The notes under the pieces are model-generated. The model saw only the letters and a list, made by a program, of their open reading frames with translations. It ran no database searches and was not told the origin of the DNA. A stretch of 64,000 nucleotides of DNA, taken from the NCBI RefSeq assembly GCF_006345805.1, contig NC_042998.1, positions 158,472,001 through 158,536,000 of the forward strand, read 5' to 3'. Position numbers and translations under genes: made by a program. Source of the DNA: Octopus sinensis (taxonomy: Eukaryota). The stretch's first letter is position 1. The number at the start of each line of letters is the position of its first letter. Below, piece by piece: positions 25,310-39,903 of the stretch.

Positions 25310-26320
25310 GATAAGACAGAAGTCTGGTACATCGACCCCAGCACTTGATTGGTATTTATGTTATCGATCTCGAAAGAATGAAAGGCAAAGTCAACCTCAG
25401 AACGTAAAGACGTGAAATTATGCTAAGCATTCTGTCTGGAGTGCTAACGATTCTGCCAGATCACCGCCTATAATAATTTTTCAGATTTTAGCACAAGGCC
25501 AGTAAATTTAAGGTGGGGTTGTCGATTACATCAACACCAGAATTTGACTGGTACTTATTTTATCAACTCTTAAAGAATGAAAGGCAAAGTCAACCTCAGC
25601 AGTATTTGAACTCAGAGTGTACAGTGCTAGCAGAAATGCCACTAAACATATTGTCCGGCATTGCTAAGTATTATACAAACTGGGCACCCTAATAATCATA
25701 ATGATAATCTGTTCTATTATAGGTACAGAGCCTAAAATTTTGAGGCAAGTGGTCAACTAGTAACTATTTTATCGATCACATCAGGATGAAAGGCAAAGTT
25801 GGTTGACCTCGTCGGAATTTGAACTCAGAACGTAAACCCAGAAGAAATACCACGAAACATTTTGCCCGGCGTGTAAACCATTTTGTAGTTCTACGCCTTA
25901 ATAATCATAATTATAGTAATGGTTTCAAATTTTGCCACAAGGGCAACAATTTCGGGGGAGGATGTATGACGATTACATCGACCCCAGTGCTCAACTGCTT
26001 ACTTATTTAATCGACCCCGAAAGGATGAAAGGCAAAGTCGACCTCGACGGAATTTGAACTCAGAACGCAACGGCAGACGAAATACCTATTTCTTTACTAC
26101 CCACAAGGAGCTAAACACAGAGGAGACAAACAAGGACAGACAGACGAATTAAGTCGATTATATCGACCCCAGTGCGTGACTGGTCCCTAATTTATCGACC
26201 CCGAAAGGATGAAAGACAAAGTCGACCTTAGCGGAATTTGAACTCAGAACGTTGCGGCAGACGAAATACCGCTGAGCATTTCGCCTGGCGTGCTAACGAT
26301 TCTACCTGCTCGCCGCCTTA
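25310..26320 (-). mobile_element. Head-to-tail array of 4-5 family A SINE units, including one dimeric unit
   Basis: aaaggcaaagtc(a/g)acctc recurs at ~25380, 25580, 25790, 26030 and 26215; units are separated by (TAA)n-like spacers. Confidence 0.9.
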
Positions 26321-26820
26321 ATAACCATAATAATAACAATATTCTCACTGTGAGCTTCGGTCATTCTTTTCGTATACCAAAATAACAGAAGCAAGTTTGA
26401 CTATCATTTCTTGTGCTTTTGGTTTGCAACATGGTATTCATTCTTTTTATTTATTGCTCATTGGTTCCCAATATCCTTAATCTGCATATAATGCACTATT
26501 ATCGGTTAGCACACTCTGTCGAAGAATACCTGTCGAATCCAGCACTGACCTTAAAAACATAACATAAGATGCCTTCAAATGAGTTGCTTCTTTCTTCATT
26601 GTTGTAGTATTTCCTTGCAGGGCAGAACGTAGTAATTATATCGGTATTGATAGCGGTAACAATGAGAGAGGCAAATAGAGTTTGGAGAGAAATGGCAAGG
26701 ATGAGCTTAAGAAATGATTTTAATAGTGCTGTAGCAGTGGTTATGATAGGTGTTGAACGTATTCGATTGAGAAAGTGATATTTAATCCAAAAAACATTTG
26801 CACACTGCATAATAATAATA

Positions 26821-26875
<55 letters not shown>

Positions 26876-28841
26876 CCACAAAATAACAACGAGCACTGCT
26901 TCCCTGTCTTCGGTCTGTTAGGTATTTATTCATCTAGAAAACTTTATATAATTCGGAAAAATCAGAAATTTGTCCAAATCCTATTATATGAGAGGATGCA
27001 TATATCTGTGAGAGAATTACTGGTTTGTCTAATCAGTTTTGCAAAAGGTCTCCTGATTTCGTCTTTTACTATTTGCAAACTATTCAGAATATTTTTCTCC
27101 TTTATAATCCTCTAAATCTACTATCATTACATACGAACACTTAACAAAAGTTATGTGTATAAGCCGATTTTCAAATGAGTTTGAAAACATGTACACTGTT
27201 CACCATAGAGACGCTTATCAATGTGCTAATGTACATGTATGTTTCATGTGTGCATATGTGCAGGTCCCTTTTCATATATATATATATATATATGCTTGCA
27301 TGTACATGTGAATGTATATCTGATAGGATATGCACGTCTGTGTGCATGTTTCTATCTAGCTACCCATCCATTCATCGATCTATGTATCACTCTCTCTATT
27401 TCTTTCCTTCTATTGCACTCTCTTTCCCTTGCTTTCACAAGCGCGCACACATACACACACATATACACACATAGATACATGTGTGCGCACGCGTTCGTAA
27501 TGTCTGCATGCATGTATTTGTGTGTGTGTGTGTGTGTATGTATGCATGTGTGTGTGTGTGTGTGTGTGTATGTGTGTGTGCGTGTGTGTGTGTTGCTGTG
27601 TGGTGAAATATTTGGGATATATTATATCCAACTTCTTTTATTTGAACGAATGCGTGAAAAACAAGCAAACAAAAAACGCCTATTTATGCGCATGTTTGCA
27701 TTTTCACGAATGTCAGTCACATCGTTATGTCTCTCTCGTGTGTCCGACCACCATTGTATGGACGTTTAAGTATGTATGTGTGCATACATACGTACATGCA
27801 TATGCGTACATCCATGTATTCATTTATATATATACATGTGTGTGTGTAAATATATATATATGTGTGTATATATATATATATAAATATATACAGAGAGTTA
27901 TATTATAAACGTATGTTTATATATTTATATGAATATATAAGTATAATACATGCGTGTGTGTGCTCGCGCGTGTACAGGCATATAAATATATATATATGAT
28001 TATATGTATGTACATATATATACACATACATACATACATACATATATGCATGCATACATGCATGCATGCATGCATGCATACATGCATACATACATACATA
28101 CATACATACATACATACATACATACATACATACATACATACATGTACGTATAAATTGTGGCGCACGGTCGATTACGTATCAATGAGAGCCATTTGAAATA
28201 TAACAAATATGCGTTTTTGAGTCACTTTAAATGCTGGCATCTGTTATGGTTTACAGATAAAGAAAAGGCAAACACGAAACACAGCAGTGCCTGTCCAGAC
28301 TTACACGATTCAATGAACAAGACATTGGTGCCATTCAAAATATCACTTAACCACAATGGTCAGTCGCAAAAGTGATCTTGCCAACAAACAGAAAATATGC
28401 CTCAGAAAGATTTCTACTACGAGAAACTATCCCCTGGTCAAATGTAAGATCATTTGGCATATTAGTAATCAGACCGTGTTTCTCCAGTAACGGATAAATC
28501 TATGATAGTAATGCCAATGAATGATGGTAACGTTGTTGTTGTTCTCCGTATCAGCGTTATTAATTCTGTGGTCGGTTTAATTTTTGTTGCGGAAGGTGTT
28601 GCCTTTGTGGTTGTTATTTAGGATGTTATTTCATTTCTTCTTATCGCCGACACCGCCACTAGCAGCACCACCATCACCACAATCAATACCGTTTTGGGTG
28701 CTGTTATGTTTATTGTTATGTTTTTGACAGTGGAGTTAGTGTTTGTGCTGCTGGCCGACAGGATGTTGGTAGTGTCAGTGTACGTGGCAAGGTGGTAGTA
28801 GCGGTGGTAGTGTGTGTGTATAGTGTGTATGTGTGAGTAGT

Positions 28842-28925
<84 letters not shown>

Positions 28926-30469
28926 ACGGTTGTGGCAGCAGCGGTGGAGGTGATTGTGGTAGTGGTGGGTGAGGTGATAGTAGTAGTAGCAGCACTAATA
29001 GTGGTATCAGGGTGGTGGTGATTGTAGTAATGGGTAGTAGCAGTAGTATTGGTGATGGTGGTGCTGGTAGTGGTGGTGGTAGCAGCACTAATAATGGCTT
29101 CATAGTACTAGTGATAGTAGTAGTAGTAGTAGTAGATGTGATGATAGTGGTAGAAGCAATAGTGCTGGTAATGCTAGTGGTGGTGATGCTAGTGGTGGTG
29201 ATGCTGGCGGTGGTGATAATGGTGGTGGTGAAGCTGTTGGTGGTGATAGAAGAGTGGTGGTGATGGCTAGGATGGTATTAGTGATAGTAGGAAGGGAAAA
29301 ACTGAAAGAGTGTTTATGCAGACGATTACTCAAAGGAATTTGTCTACAAAATATTTCTCCTCTTAAGTTTCGCTATTCTTACTCGCTCAGTTGTGGCTTC
29401 CATTTTCATACTTCTATCGTTTTTACATCTGCAAGTGATATTCCGACGTATCACTCAGCGGTCAGTCTATCGCTAGTCCGCCCGCCGGCTATCTTAAGTG
29501 TTATGACAGTTATACACGAATGAAGCACAAATACAAAATATGCTTATGATGTATGCTCACTGTTACTCGAATCACACAATATTCTTTCTGAAACAGATTT
29601 CTTTGTAATCTGCATTGAAATCTATTGTTGACTTGTCGCTTGACCAACAAAAAGATATTTCTTGCTATAAGTGGCCAGCAAAACATCTTTGAATAAAGCC
29701 CAGTATGACATCTCTGCTCCAGCAACTAGAGGCGGTAAAGCTATGCTGGACAAGAGAGAAGCATTTAACTAAACAAGACAATTTCTAAGCATAAATTGTT
29801 GTACCGACAATATAGATATTTAGAACACCAGTGGTTAGTTATAATACAAAAAGTACAGCTTATATATTTCTTTGGAAGTGTTCACTGTATTCTCTGTCCC
29901 CTTTCGGAATATGGATTTATTCTCCTTCTTTTCACGTTCATCAGTATATATTTCCCTGTGAAAGGGGTTACAATAAAACATAAAAAGAAAAACAAAGGAA
30001 AAATAATAGTCTGAGATTCTTTATTTTCATGTGATGTCTCTTGAAGAGTTTATTAGTGTCACAGTGGTTGGTAAAAATGAAAACCATTTTAAATGATTGA
30101 AAATCAAAAAATAAAAGCGTATATGTGTGTTTGTGTGTATGTGTATTTGAATATAATCAACAGGACGCCAAGTGAAAGAATTCCACAATGAAATGTATTA
30201 GAAATATTCTAATGTCGAGATAGATTTTTGTTCCATTTGTAAACACTTCACGACTCTTAAATAATGTACATTCATTTTTATGATCAACAATAGTTTCACA
30301 CATCACTTTTTAAACTGCTTTCGTTTTTGTTGTAATGCCGCTGGTGTTGCTGCTTTTGTGACTGCCCTGATACCGACACGACACTTCAACGTCCTTACTT
30401 TTCACTTTCGTTTTATTATTAATATATTTCAACTGAAATGTTTGAACATCTTTTAAGTTATATACTTTT

Positions 30470-30785
30470 TATGGTTGTGTGGTTAAGAAGCTCGTCTTAC
30501 AGTCACATGGTTTCCAGTTCAGTCTCACTGGGTCGAACTTTGGACAAGTGTCTTCTACTGTAACTCCTGGCCGACGAATATGTCTTTGTGTTTGTGTTTA
30601 CCCTCCCCTACCACTTAATAGTCGGCGCTGGCTTGCTTACATCCCTGTAATTTAACATTTTCAGCTGAAGAAACCGATAGAACAGATTTTAAAAATAAGT
30701 ACTGGAGTCAATTAATTCGATTATACGCTTCAACGTGGAGCCCTAGCATGGCCGCAGCCCAATGACTAAATCAAGTAAATAATAA
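30470..30785 (+). mobile_element. CORE-type tRNA SINE (family B, OR1-like)
   Basis: tggttgtgtggttaagaag head, ggacaagtgtcttctactgta (resembles the MIR/CORE gggcaagt motif), tail ccctagcatggccgcagcccaatgactaaatcaag. Confidence 0.75.
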
Positions 30786-31273
30786 AGTTTTAAAATTTAG
30801 TTTTACTTGCGTTTCTTATCGATCTCGGCATCAGCAAAATGTAGAAAGCTTTTTTAAGATTGTTAGAAGAGAGATGGGCATTTAAGGTAGTCTCACATTT
30901 CCTTCGGACATCAACTATGTAGTTCAAATGCACATTTTAATTCATCTTTACATGAAATTTTCTGTTGCTTTCTTATCTAGCTGCATTAAATGTACTGTTG
31001 ATCAATACTTTTAAGAATAATCTACTTTATTGTGTAGCACATAGAATTTGGTGCGTTATTCATAAAATAGTAAACAAGATCAGTTTTGATCCATGATTGT
31101 TTAAAGGATAAAACTACTTAAGAAATAGTAAAAGAGATATAATATTTATGGAGAGAACTGAGACAATGGTGATATCGACCTGTGTCACATCGAGATTCGA
31201 CTTGTTAGCTAACACATATTCTTCTAGAATTTGATATTTCATTAGATTTGACTTTTCATGACGTTTACTCACA

Positions 31274-31349
<76 letters not shown>

Positions 31350-31899
31350 CACAACACACACACACACACACACACACACATAACACACACACGCACACAC
31401 GCATACAGAAATACTTGTGTTACAGAAAAACACTACTCTCCTGACACAGTTGCTGAAATAGTGAATCCAGTAGCGCTGAGATAATTCACCGTTAATTTTC
31501 ATGTTAACAAACACGACCGCTTTTATGAACGAAAATAACAATTTCAAAATACACACCGTTTAATAAGTATACATAAAAATATCTGAGGAGAAATGAGTTG
31601 GGGAATACATAAGAATCATAATTTTGTAATAGGGTATGTGAGATGGAATGCAAGTTACTGGGAGGAAGAAGAATACCGTCTTATAGCTCCTTCTTATTAA
31701 CATCTACTTCAAGGACGAAGAGATTATCCAAAATTGTTGGTATCTCTTGTAATTTTGTTGGTATCTCTTGTAATTTGAAAACTTTTCTCTATAAGTACCA
31801 ATGCCTTAGTAATATTCTTTACAGTCAATTTAAGTTTATTTGGAATTTCTGTATTCAAATATGTATTCTCTGCTTGCTCTTATTCTAACAGTATCAGCT

Positions 31900-33130
31900 C
31901 CTTAGGTAAAATTTATCTATAGGACACTAGCATCTCAACCACACCATTCCCAGTGACGTCATCATTTGCAAGTGACAATATTTTTCCCGAATTTGATGCA
32001 GACTTACTCTTCTTGGAGAGTCACGAATACAATCTAATCATATGTTCTTTCAAATAATATTCGAAGTGTCTCACTTCTTCCCTTGATTCAACAATATTAT
32101 CCACAGTATCCATTATGCTACATTTCTTCCGGAAGTCTCTAACTAGACTTATCTTCATTGTGAATTGCTTTCAAAAGTTGTTTCAAAGATCTTATTCTCA
32201 GATAATATACCTTGAAGCTAGCCTTGATCTGTTGACTGGAGCAAAGAAGTTGTATTCTTGTGCATTTATTCTAACCACACATTATTAGAAAATTCATTTA
32301 CCTTCACTGGGTGGATTAGAGCATTGACTAAATGGAGCAAAGCTTTATTAGAAGTATTATGTTCGGTACTGTACCTTTCTACAGCAAGAAAATAAATGTT
32401 TGTAAAGAGCTTTTAAAAAGACTCGTAGTCAATCACGCCTTCTTATTCCAACGCACAATCATAAATTAAGCCGTTAAGGCCTTTATATTTCTTGGGTGAT
32501 ACATGACTAGGGGCGTTAATTTCAAATCACCAACAGCATCTCTTCCCAGAAGAAGCGTCAAGGCAAGGATTTTTAGAAGCTCTTGCATGCCTGAGCTTCC
32601 AGAAAGTGCAGTTTTATAAACATTGTAAACATGCTGTGATGTACAGCCTCCTTCAGCAAGCATCTTCTTTTTTTCAGTTGCCCAGATTAATTAGCTGTAG
32701 CCTTTGTATTAGGACTGGCAGCTTCACCTATCATTCTCATCTTTTTAGGAAAAATATTTCATTAGATGATTCACGTCCCTTTCTCTGCAAATCGTCACAC
32801 AAACTTATAAATATTTTTTAATTACCATCGTGCTTATGGGAAGATTACGTCCAGTCTGATACTCGGTCCATGCATTAAATAGCCGTCCTGTTTTAAGCAC
32901 CATCAAATCACATTAGACCTATGAAGAGAATGGTCCGAGTACTTGATTTTATTTTCTTGAGTACTTGATTTTATTTTCCCTCTGCCATCACATATTATTA
33001 TCAGTGTAGACGTTACAAGCTTTAACATTTCTGCAATGCGGCTGACATTTTTTATCCTGCATTAAATTATTTAAAAACCTTTTAGTTTAATACCAAATGT
33101 AAGCTGTTTTCGCTTTCTTTTCGCATGACT
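31900..33130 (-). pseudogene. pogo/Tigger (CENP-B-related) transposase remnant
   Basis: Minus-strand fragments RKRKRKQLTFGIKL (HTH start), LFNAWTEYQTGRNLPISTMVI (Tc5 HTH-like), EGGCTSQHVYNVYKTAL and LTLLLGRDAVGDLKLTPLVMY (DDE_1-like). Confidence 0.8.
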
Positions 33131-33939
33131 GCATTCAGTTCTACTTCATGGCTTTTTTCTGGACTTCTTGAACTGTAGGTAAATTTAACAGCGTTGGCGT
33201 CCAATTAGCCACAACAAATACGTAGCAAACAATAGTATGGGAGATAACCATTTTGTGAACGCAAAAAGCTATCCTATTTCTCTAGATGTAATAACAGAAA
33301 TGAACAGATGAAAAAGGGAATGAGATGATATGGGATGAAGTACTGCATGGTTACAATTAGTTGAAGGATTACCAGTTTCATAGGCACATTTCTCCTTGCA
33401 TCTCTGAAATGCACCATAAAGACACTACACTCTTCTCTCCCTTTCTCTCCCTCTCTCTTTTTCTCTTTCTCGTTATCTCTCTCTCTCTTTCACACACACT
33501 TTTGTAGTGACATACATTATATGTAGCTACAGACATTTCTATCATGCAGACACTATTATTGTTGCTACTATTGACTATTCAAAAGTTATTGGGTTTGATT
33601 GTAGTGGTGGCGTCAGTAGTACTGATTTTGGTGTTGTTGAAGGTGGGCGTATTGGTGTTGGTAGTTGCAGTCACATTGCCCTTTTTCATTGTGTTATTGG
33701 TTCTCTTTTACTTACAGTCAATCGTCATTGAACTAATGTCAAGCACATTCTATTCATCTTTCAAAATACTCTATCGTACCGCATTATCTCATGTGAGTGT
33801 ATTTTTCTAAATTTTAGAGCTGCTTATTTTGTTCATACTATTGTTGCTGTTGTTGATTGCTACGGAGTTGTTGGGGTTTGGTTATGTATTGTTGATCAGC
33901 GTTGGAGGAAGTATGTATGTATGTATATATGTATATATA

Positions 33940-33982
<43 letters not shown>

Positions 33983-35196
33983 ATACATATATATGTTTAT
34001 AGATTGATGGATAGATAGATAGAAAGAAAAAAAGAAAGAAAGATAGATAGACAACAGACAGACGGACGGACAGACAGATAGACAGGTGAATGGAAACTCA
34101 CTATGATCCAAGAAAACATTAACCAAACATACAAATATTTACAGTAAACTATTCTACCTCAAACTCTGTAAGTGTTTACAGAGACGCATACACAAGCACT
34201 TGCATACATACAAACTCACATGTACGCGCACATCCGCACACGCACACACACACACTCGCATACACATACACTGACATATGTATGTATGCAGGCATCATGG
34301 TGGTTAATGATTTTTTAAAACTTGTGGGCTGATTTGATCTTAGCTAAAAAAAAAAGAAAATTGAGAAAAAGCCTTTTTAGACAAATGTAGTTTTCATATT
34401 CTTAAAATTGATACGAATTTATGTAAGGGCAAAATTCCATAGCCTGTGCTAGCCATAATGCGCGATAAGCTTCCCTACCCCTATCTCCCTCTCTCTCACT
34501 CTCTTTTTATATGAGTATATATATGAGTGTGCTTGTGTGTGCGCGTGTTTGTGTGTGTGTGTGTGTCTGTGTGTGTGTGTGTGTGTGCGTTTGGGAGAAT
34601 ACGCATATGCTTGTAAGAGAGCAAACTTCTTGATACTTATATATAAGTATCTAAAGGAATCCGTGTTTTGTGTACCGAATGACCTCTATAGAAGTAGGGA
34701 GTGCCATTCGTTGAAATCAAAGAATAACATAAGAGTATGGAGATAGCTCTGAAGTCTAGAATACATGCTGGGGAAAAAGTATGTACACTACCCAGTAGCT
34801 GGGGTTTATTTTGTTTTCTTTATGTATGTATGGTGTCATAACATACGAAGCTCATATTAAAAGTAATACAAACGTGAGCAGAATTTGTTTTACAGACATA
34901 TATGGATCAAATTGCATATATTGGTAGAGCAACTCCTCGTCTTTGCAAAGGTACAGGTCAACATAGGCTCCATTACAAGCGTTACATTTTCATTATCTTT
35001 CAACCCAACACCTGAATGTTGTTTGAAAAAATTCAGGTGATGTTCTCTCGTACCCACTTCTATACAACTGCTTTCACTTCCCTTGTGTTAATAAATGGAT
35101 GGCCCCAAATACTGCCCTTCATACTGCTATAATTCAGTGAGCTATACGATAGATAACCCACCTAATTTGCTGATTCCCTGATTTGTTACCATTGTA

Positions 35197-36365
35197 TTAG
35201 GTCATCCCATAAATTCTGTCCGATCAAATGTTACATTTAATTGAAATTTAATCATCAATGTACTTTCCCTGATTATCTATGACTTCCTTCCATCTATTTA
35301 CAAGCTTTTTTAATCTCATCAATGTAAAACTCTTTTGGTTTCAATGCGAATAACTCTGAAATGTCAGTTTCGACCTCCTCCTGGCTTGTGAAAGTTATGT
35401 CCCCCAAATGATTCTGTCACCTACGAAACTAATGGTAGTCTTAAGGAGCAAGGTCGGGAAAATAAGGTGTATGAGGAATTTTTTCCCAACCAAGCTCTTC
35501 GATCTTCAGTGATGTGATCTTTGCAGTGTGGGGTCGCGCATTGACTTGAGCATTGATTGTTGCATTAGGTGGTAACAATTCAAAGTGAATTACTCCTTTG
35601 CAATCCCACCAGATAGAGAGAACCTTTTTCCATGAAGTTCCCTTCTCGGTTGTGGTTGAGGTTTTTCCATTTTAACAAGCCGCTGTTTACGACGTTTAGC
35701 ATTTCGATAGAAGTTCCATTTTTCGTCACCAGTCTCATGTCTATCCAAAAAGGGTGAAATGAGTTCGCGAGAATGGAGAGAAGAGCAGATGTCAACTCGG
35801 GATTTACGGTTACTTTCGGACGATTCTAGGCACCCATTTTCCAAGTTTAGGAACCTTTCCAAGTTGTTGAAGATGACGATGAACAGTTTTATGGTTTGAA
35901 CTAAGCTTTATTGCCAATTTTTCAACTGATAGTGCAGGATTTTCTTCAAATAGTGCCTCAAGGAGCTTATCATCAAACTCAACTGGACATCCTGTTCGAT
36001 CCTCATCTTCAAGGCTAAAATCGCCACTTCTCAATTTGGCAAACCATCTTCTGTAAGTTCTTTCATTCAAGCATTCTTTCCCATAAACTGAGTGTATGTT
36101 TCGAGTCGCTTCGGCTTCAGAGTATCCTTTTTTGTATTCATAAAGCATTATGTGCCTTAAATGCTATTTGGATACTTCAATGTTAGAAAAGGTTTTAATC
36201 AAAGAAATTTTAATTCTGTTATTCTGTATAACAATATTTAATTAGTTTAAATATACACAAATGCATAAAAATAATTTTAAATTTCATTAGACATTCTAAA
36301 ATACTTCTAAATTTCGTTCAATTTTTAAAACGGTAAAATCGGACAGAACTTATGGGATGACCTGA
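35197..36365 (-). mobile_element. Internally deleted mariner (cecropia/Hsmar1-like), both TIRs present
   Basis: TIRs ttaggtcatcccataaattctgtccgat / atcggacagaacttatgggatgacctga flanked by TA. Fragments MLYEYKKG...GKWVPR, TGDEKW, NARPHTAK, PYFPDLAP*DYH; a deletion removes the second catalytic Asp. Confidence 0.95.
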
Positions 36366-36544
36366 TAGATAGTATTTGGAGCACATTGTCAGGGTGAAAA
36401 TGGTCGATTTTTATATTCTTGCTCGATCTCTTCCTCTTAATTACTTCTCTAAGCTTTTCGAGTGTGTCAATGTACACTCTAAGCTTTTCGAGTGTCTCAA
36501 TGAACTGTCTACAGTTCAGTTACATTAAAAAAATATCAATGAAA

Positions 36545-37100
36545 ATAACGCCCTTGGCCTACCAAAACCTGCCACCATAACTTTCGCCAGTGGTCATTGT
36601 CTCTTGAATTTCTTAGGCCTTGAAGAAAAAGCGAAAGCTAGTCCATTTCAGGAACTGAGCTTACATTTCCAGATCAGAAATGTATGGCCTTTTGTCTTCG
36701 CTTCAAACGTTATCGTAAGATCGCAGTAGATTTCCACATTTCTCTCCTTCAAATCGGGTGTCCAGTGTCGCAGTACCCACATGGCACACACTTTCCGACA
36801 CCGACAATTTTCCACTCTCCTCTGAAATATATTGCTGCCTAGTTGTTCTGTAAACTCACAAATTTTGATTCATCTGTCCACGCGAACCACTTTGTCTACT
36901 TGCTGGCGATTCGTGTCAGTGGTCGTATTCCATGGTTTCCCGCTGATTAGTTAGTCATCAAAGATGGTTTCCCCTTCTTTAAACTTTTATAACAGTACGT
37001 GCACATTAAGGAGTTTGTGGGTTTGGTAACGTGAGGCCATCTCCATAAACAGCCGGTAGCAGCCATCGGTGGATGATGGACAGCTTGCAACCTTCGTTGG
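36545..37100 (-). pseudogene. Old mariner transposase remnant
   Basis: Minus-strand translation FKEGETIFDD*LISGKPW...RKVCAMWVLRHWTP...PKKFKRQ*PLAKVMVAGF matches mariner HTH, WVPR and KVM motifs. Confidence 0.8.
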
Positions 37101-37297
37101 TCAAGAAGTCAAAGACATCATGTTTTTACTTGGAAACCCATCAGTTGCCTCACATGAAGAATAATATAAAAAAGAATACGCTACAAGCATGCACATACTC
37201 AACGACGTATGTTAGTCAATAAAACCGTTATGTTCACTTCTACATAACTTTCGCTATAAAATTTGTGTGTGTGTGTGTAAATGTGAGTGTGTAAACA

Positions 37298-37339
<42 letters not shown>

Positions 37340-37392
37340 CATATATATATACATATACAGATATATACTTATGTATAAGTGTGTGTATATAT

Positions 37393-37458
<66 letters not shown>

Positions 37459-37461
37459 AAT

Positions 37462-37785
37462 GTGCATGGCTCAGTGTTTACAGCGTCGGACATACAATCA
37501 TGAGGTGGTGAATTCGATTCCCCGACTGGGCTGTGTTTCGTATTCTAGACGCTTTTTTTCATGTTGCTCCAATTCATTCAGTTGTAGAAGTTAGTTGCGA
37601 CGTCACTGGTGCCAAGCTGTATCGGCCTTTGCCTTTCCCCTAGACAACATCTCTGTCGTGGAGAAGGAAGTCTGGTAGGCACGTGTGATTGCTGATCTTC
37701 TACAAACAACCTTGCTCCGGACTTGTGCCCTGGAGATGAACTTCCTAGGTGAAGTCTCATATTCATTCATGACCGAAAGGAATTT
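37462..37785 (+). mobile_element. tRNA-derived SINE, family C
   Basis: A-box-like tggctcagtgtt and B-box-like gaattcgattcc followed by a ~250-bp non-tRNA body. Confidence 0.6.
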
Positions 37786-37883
37786 TCACGCTTTATATAT
37801 ATATGTTTGTGTGCTTCCCCCCCCCTACCCAAACACACGCACACACTAACAAATATGTATGTACGTATGTATGTGTGTGTATA

Positions 37884-38542
37884 CGATTAGAAGTCAAAAA
37901 TTGTCCGAATTTTAGCCATAACATGCCTTTATTATTGTCACACTTCCTTCTGAGAACGTGTCTTTATAGTTGGCAATATTGTGGTCACGTGATCGAAGTT
38001 TGAGTCTGATCGCGCCATTTTTCCTTCTGACTTAACAGTGTAAGCAAGGCCAGCAATGTGTACCAAATAAAAACAAAAAGCACTGATCCGAGAGATGTAA
38101 TGTTGAACCGGCTCACCATTACCATCTCTCGAGCTAACTGAAACTTCTTGTCAGTGGTGGAGTTTGACGGGCGTTCTGGTCCCTCTTCGTGCATCATCCT
38201 TGTCCGACCACTTTTAAACTTCTCGATCCACTCATACATACTTCTACGCGATAGTGCACTGTCCCGGTATTGTGCTAAAAACTTCCGATGAATTTCAGCA
38301 CCTGACACGCCTTCCGACCAGAGAAATCGGATCACTGCTCTTTGTTCTTCTTTGTTGCACATTGCTAGTGAAGCAGCCATGCTTACACTGTAAAGCCAGA
38401 AAGAAGAATGGCGCGATCAGGTTCAAACTTCGACCACCTGACCACAACAGTACCAACTGTAAGCACGCATGCGCAGAAGCTAGTGTGATAATAATGAAGA
38501 TATGTTATGGCGAAAGTGCGGATAAATTTTGACCGCTCCTCC
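37884..38542 (-). mobile_element. Non-autonomous mariner derivative with ~210-bp terminal inverted repeats
   Basis: Arms 37884-38091 and 38327-38542 are inverted copies of the element 5' end. Transposase N-terminus MAASLAMCNKEEQRAVIRFLWSEG...EWIEKFKSGRT...RP is on the minus strand. Confidence 0.88.
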
Positions 38543-38708
38543 TATATAGATAGATACATACATACATACGTACATACATACATACGCACATACATACATA
38601 CATACATACATACATACATACATACATACATACATGCATACATACATACATACGTACATACATACATACATACATACATTCATATATACATACACACATA
38701 CATACATA

Positions 38709-38800
<92 letters not shown>

Positions 38801-39016
38801 GAGTGAGGTTGACCGTCACTTAAAGTTGCGCACCTGGATTTTTATTCAAGTGGCATTCCAGTTAGCTTCAAAGCATGAAACTTGAGGTTACCGTCAAACT
38901 CTCTATATAATCAGTTTGTTTCTATAACCAGTAATATGGTCATTGCACCAGCAAATATTCGTTGTTGATTGTCAACAGACATTAAGAGATGTATATTTGA
39001 AAATGTGCACACACGA

Positions 39017-39070
<54 letters not shown>

Positions 39071-39868
39071 GTAAACTCTAATACATGTGCGCACATGAGT
39101 ATCTTCCTTATCCGGATCATTATTATCATTGATATTTCGATACGTATATTATTTTTTCAACTCAACGAAGAGCTGGGTGGGTAGACTGCCTAGATTTCTC
39201 TCTTCCAGGATTCCAGGAAATTAAACTGAAATCTCCCACCTCCTCTTTCTCTTCTGTTTTATCGTTAACACGATCGGATGTCACCATCATCATCATCATC
39301 ATCATCATCATTATCATCATCAGTGGCATTTCTACCACCTACACCATCACCATTAACAACAATACAACAACGTCATCACGGTCAGTAATATCATTAATAT
39401 TAAGATTACACCCCACCCCATGATCATAATACTCCACAGCAACAGTATTGCTACCACCAATCACCGCCGCCACCACTACCATCTGTAAAAGCCGGGTATC
39501 TGTCACATATATGCAAGTCATTGTTTGGGTGTTACCACACTACGTAAACAAGGGCAACTCATTCTTCTTCTTTTTTTCCCTTTTTAAACTTCTTAATTCT
39601 TTTCTTTCCTTTATTTATTTAGCCCTTCAGTCAACTACAAGGGATTAAGGAGAGTTACTTGTGACAGGAATTTTAATTCTTCCTTCATGGAAAAAAATAA
39701 AAATAAAAAAATTACACCACCATAACTAGGGAAATCCTAATGAATTCATATATTCAACATTAAAGGATACTTTCCTTCTTTCTTTCTTTCTCTCTTTCTT
39801 TCTTTCTGTCTTTCTTTCTGTCTTTCTTTGTTTCATTCCTTCTTTCTTTCTTTCTTTCTTTCTTTCAT

Positions 39869-39903
<35 letters not shown>

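Noticed and set aside
28400-29330. Thr/Pro-rich mucin-like or signal-anchor-like frames
   Set aside because: Explained by degenerate (GGT/AGT/AGC)n cryptic repeats.
31735-36505. Short tandem duplications (21 bp at ~31735, 22 bp at ~32937, ~31 bp at ~36445) as a possible CRISPR-like array
   Set aside because: Two-copy slippage duplications without spacers; no CRISPR array is present.
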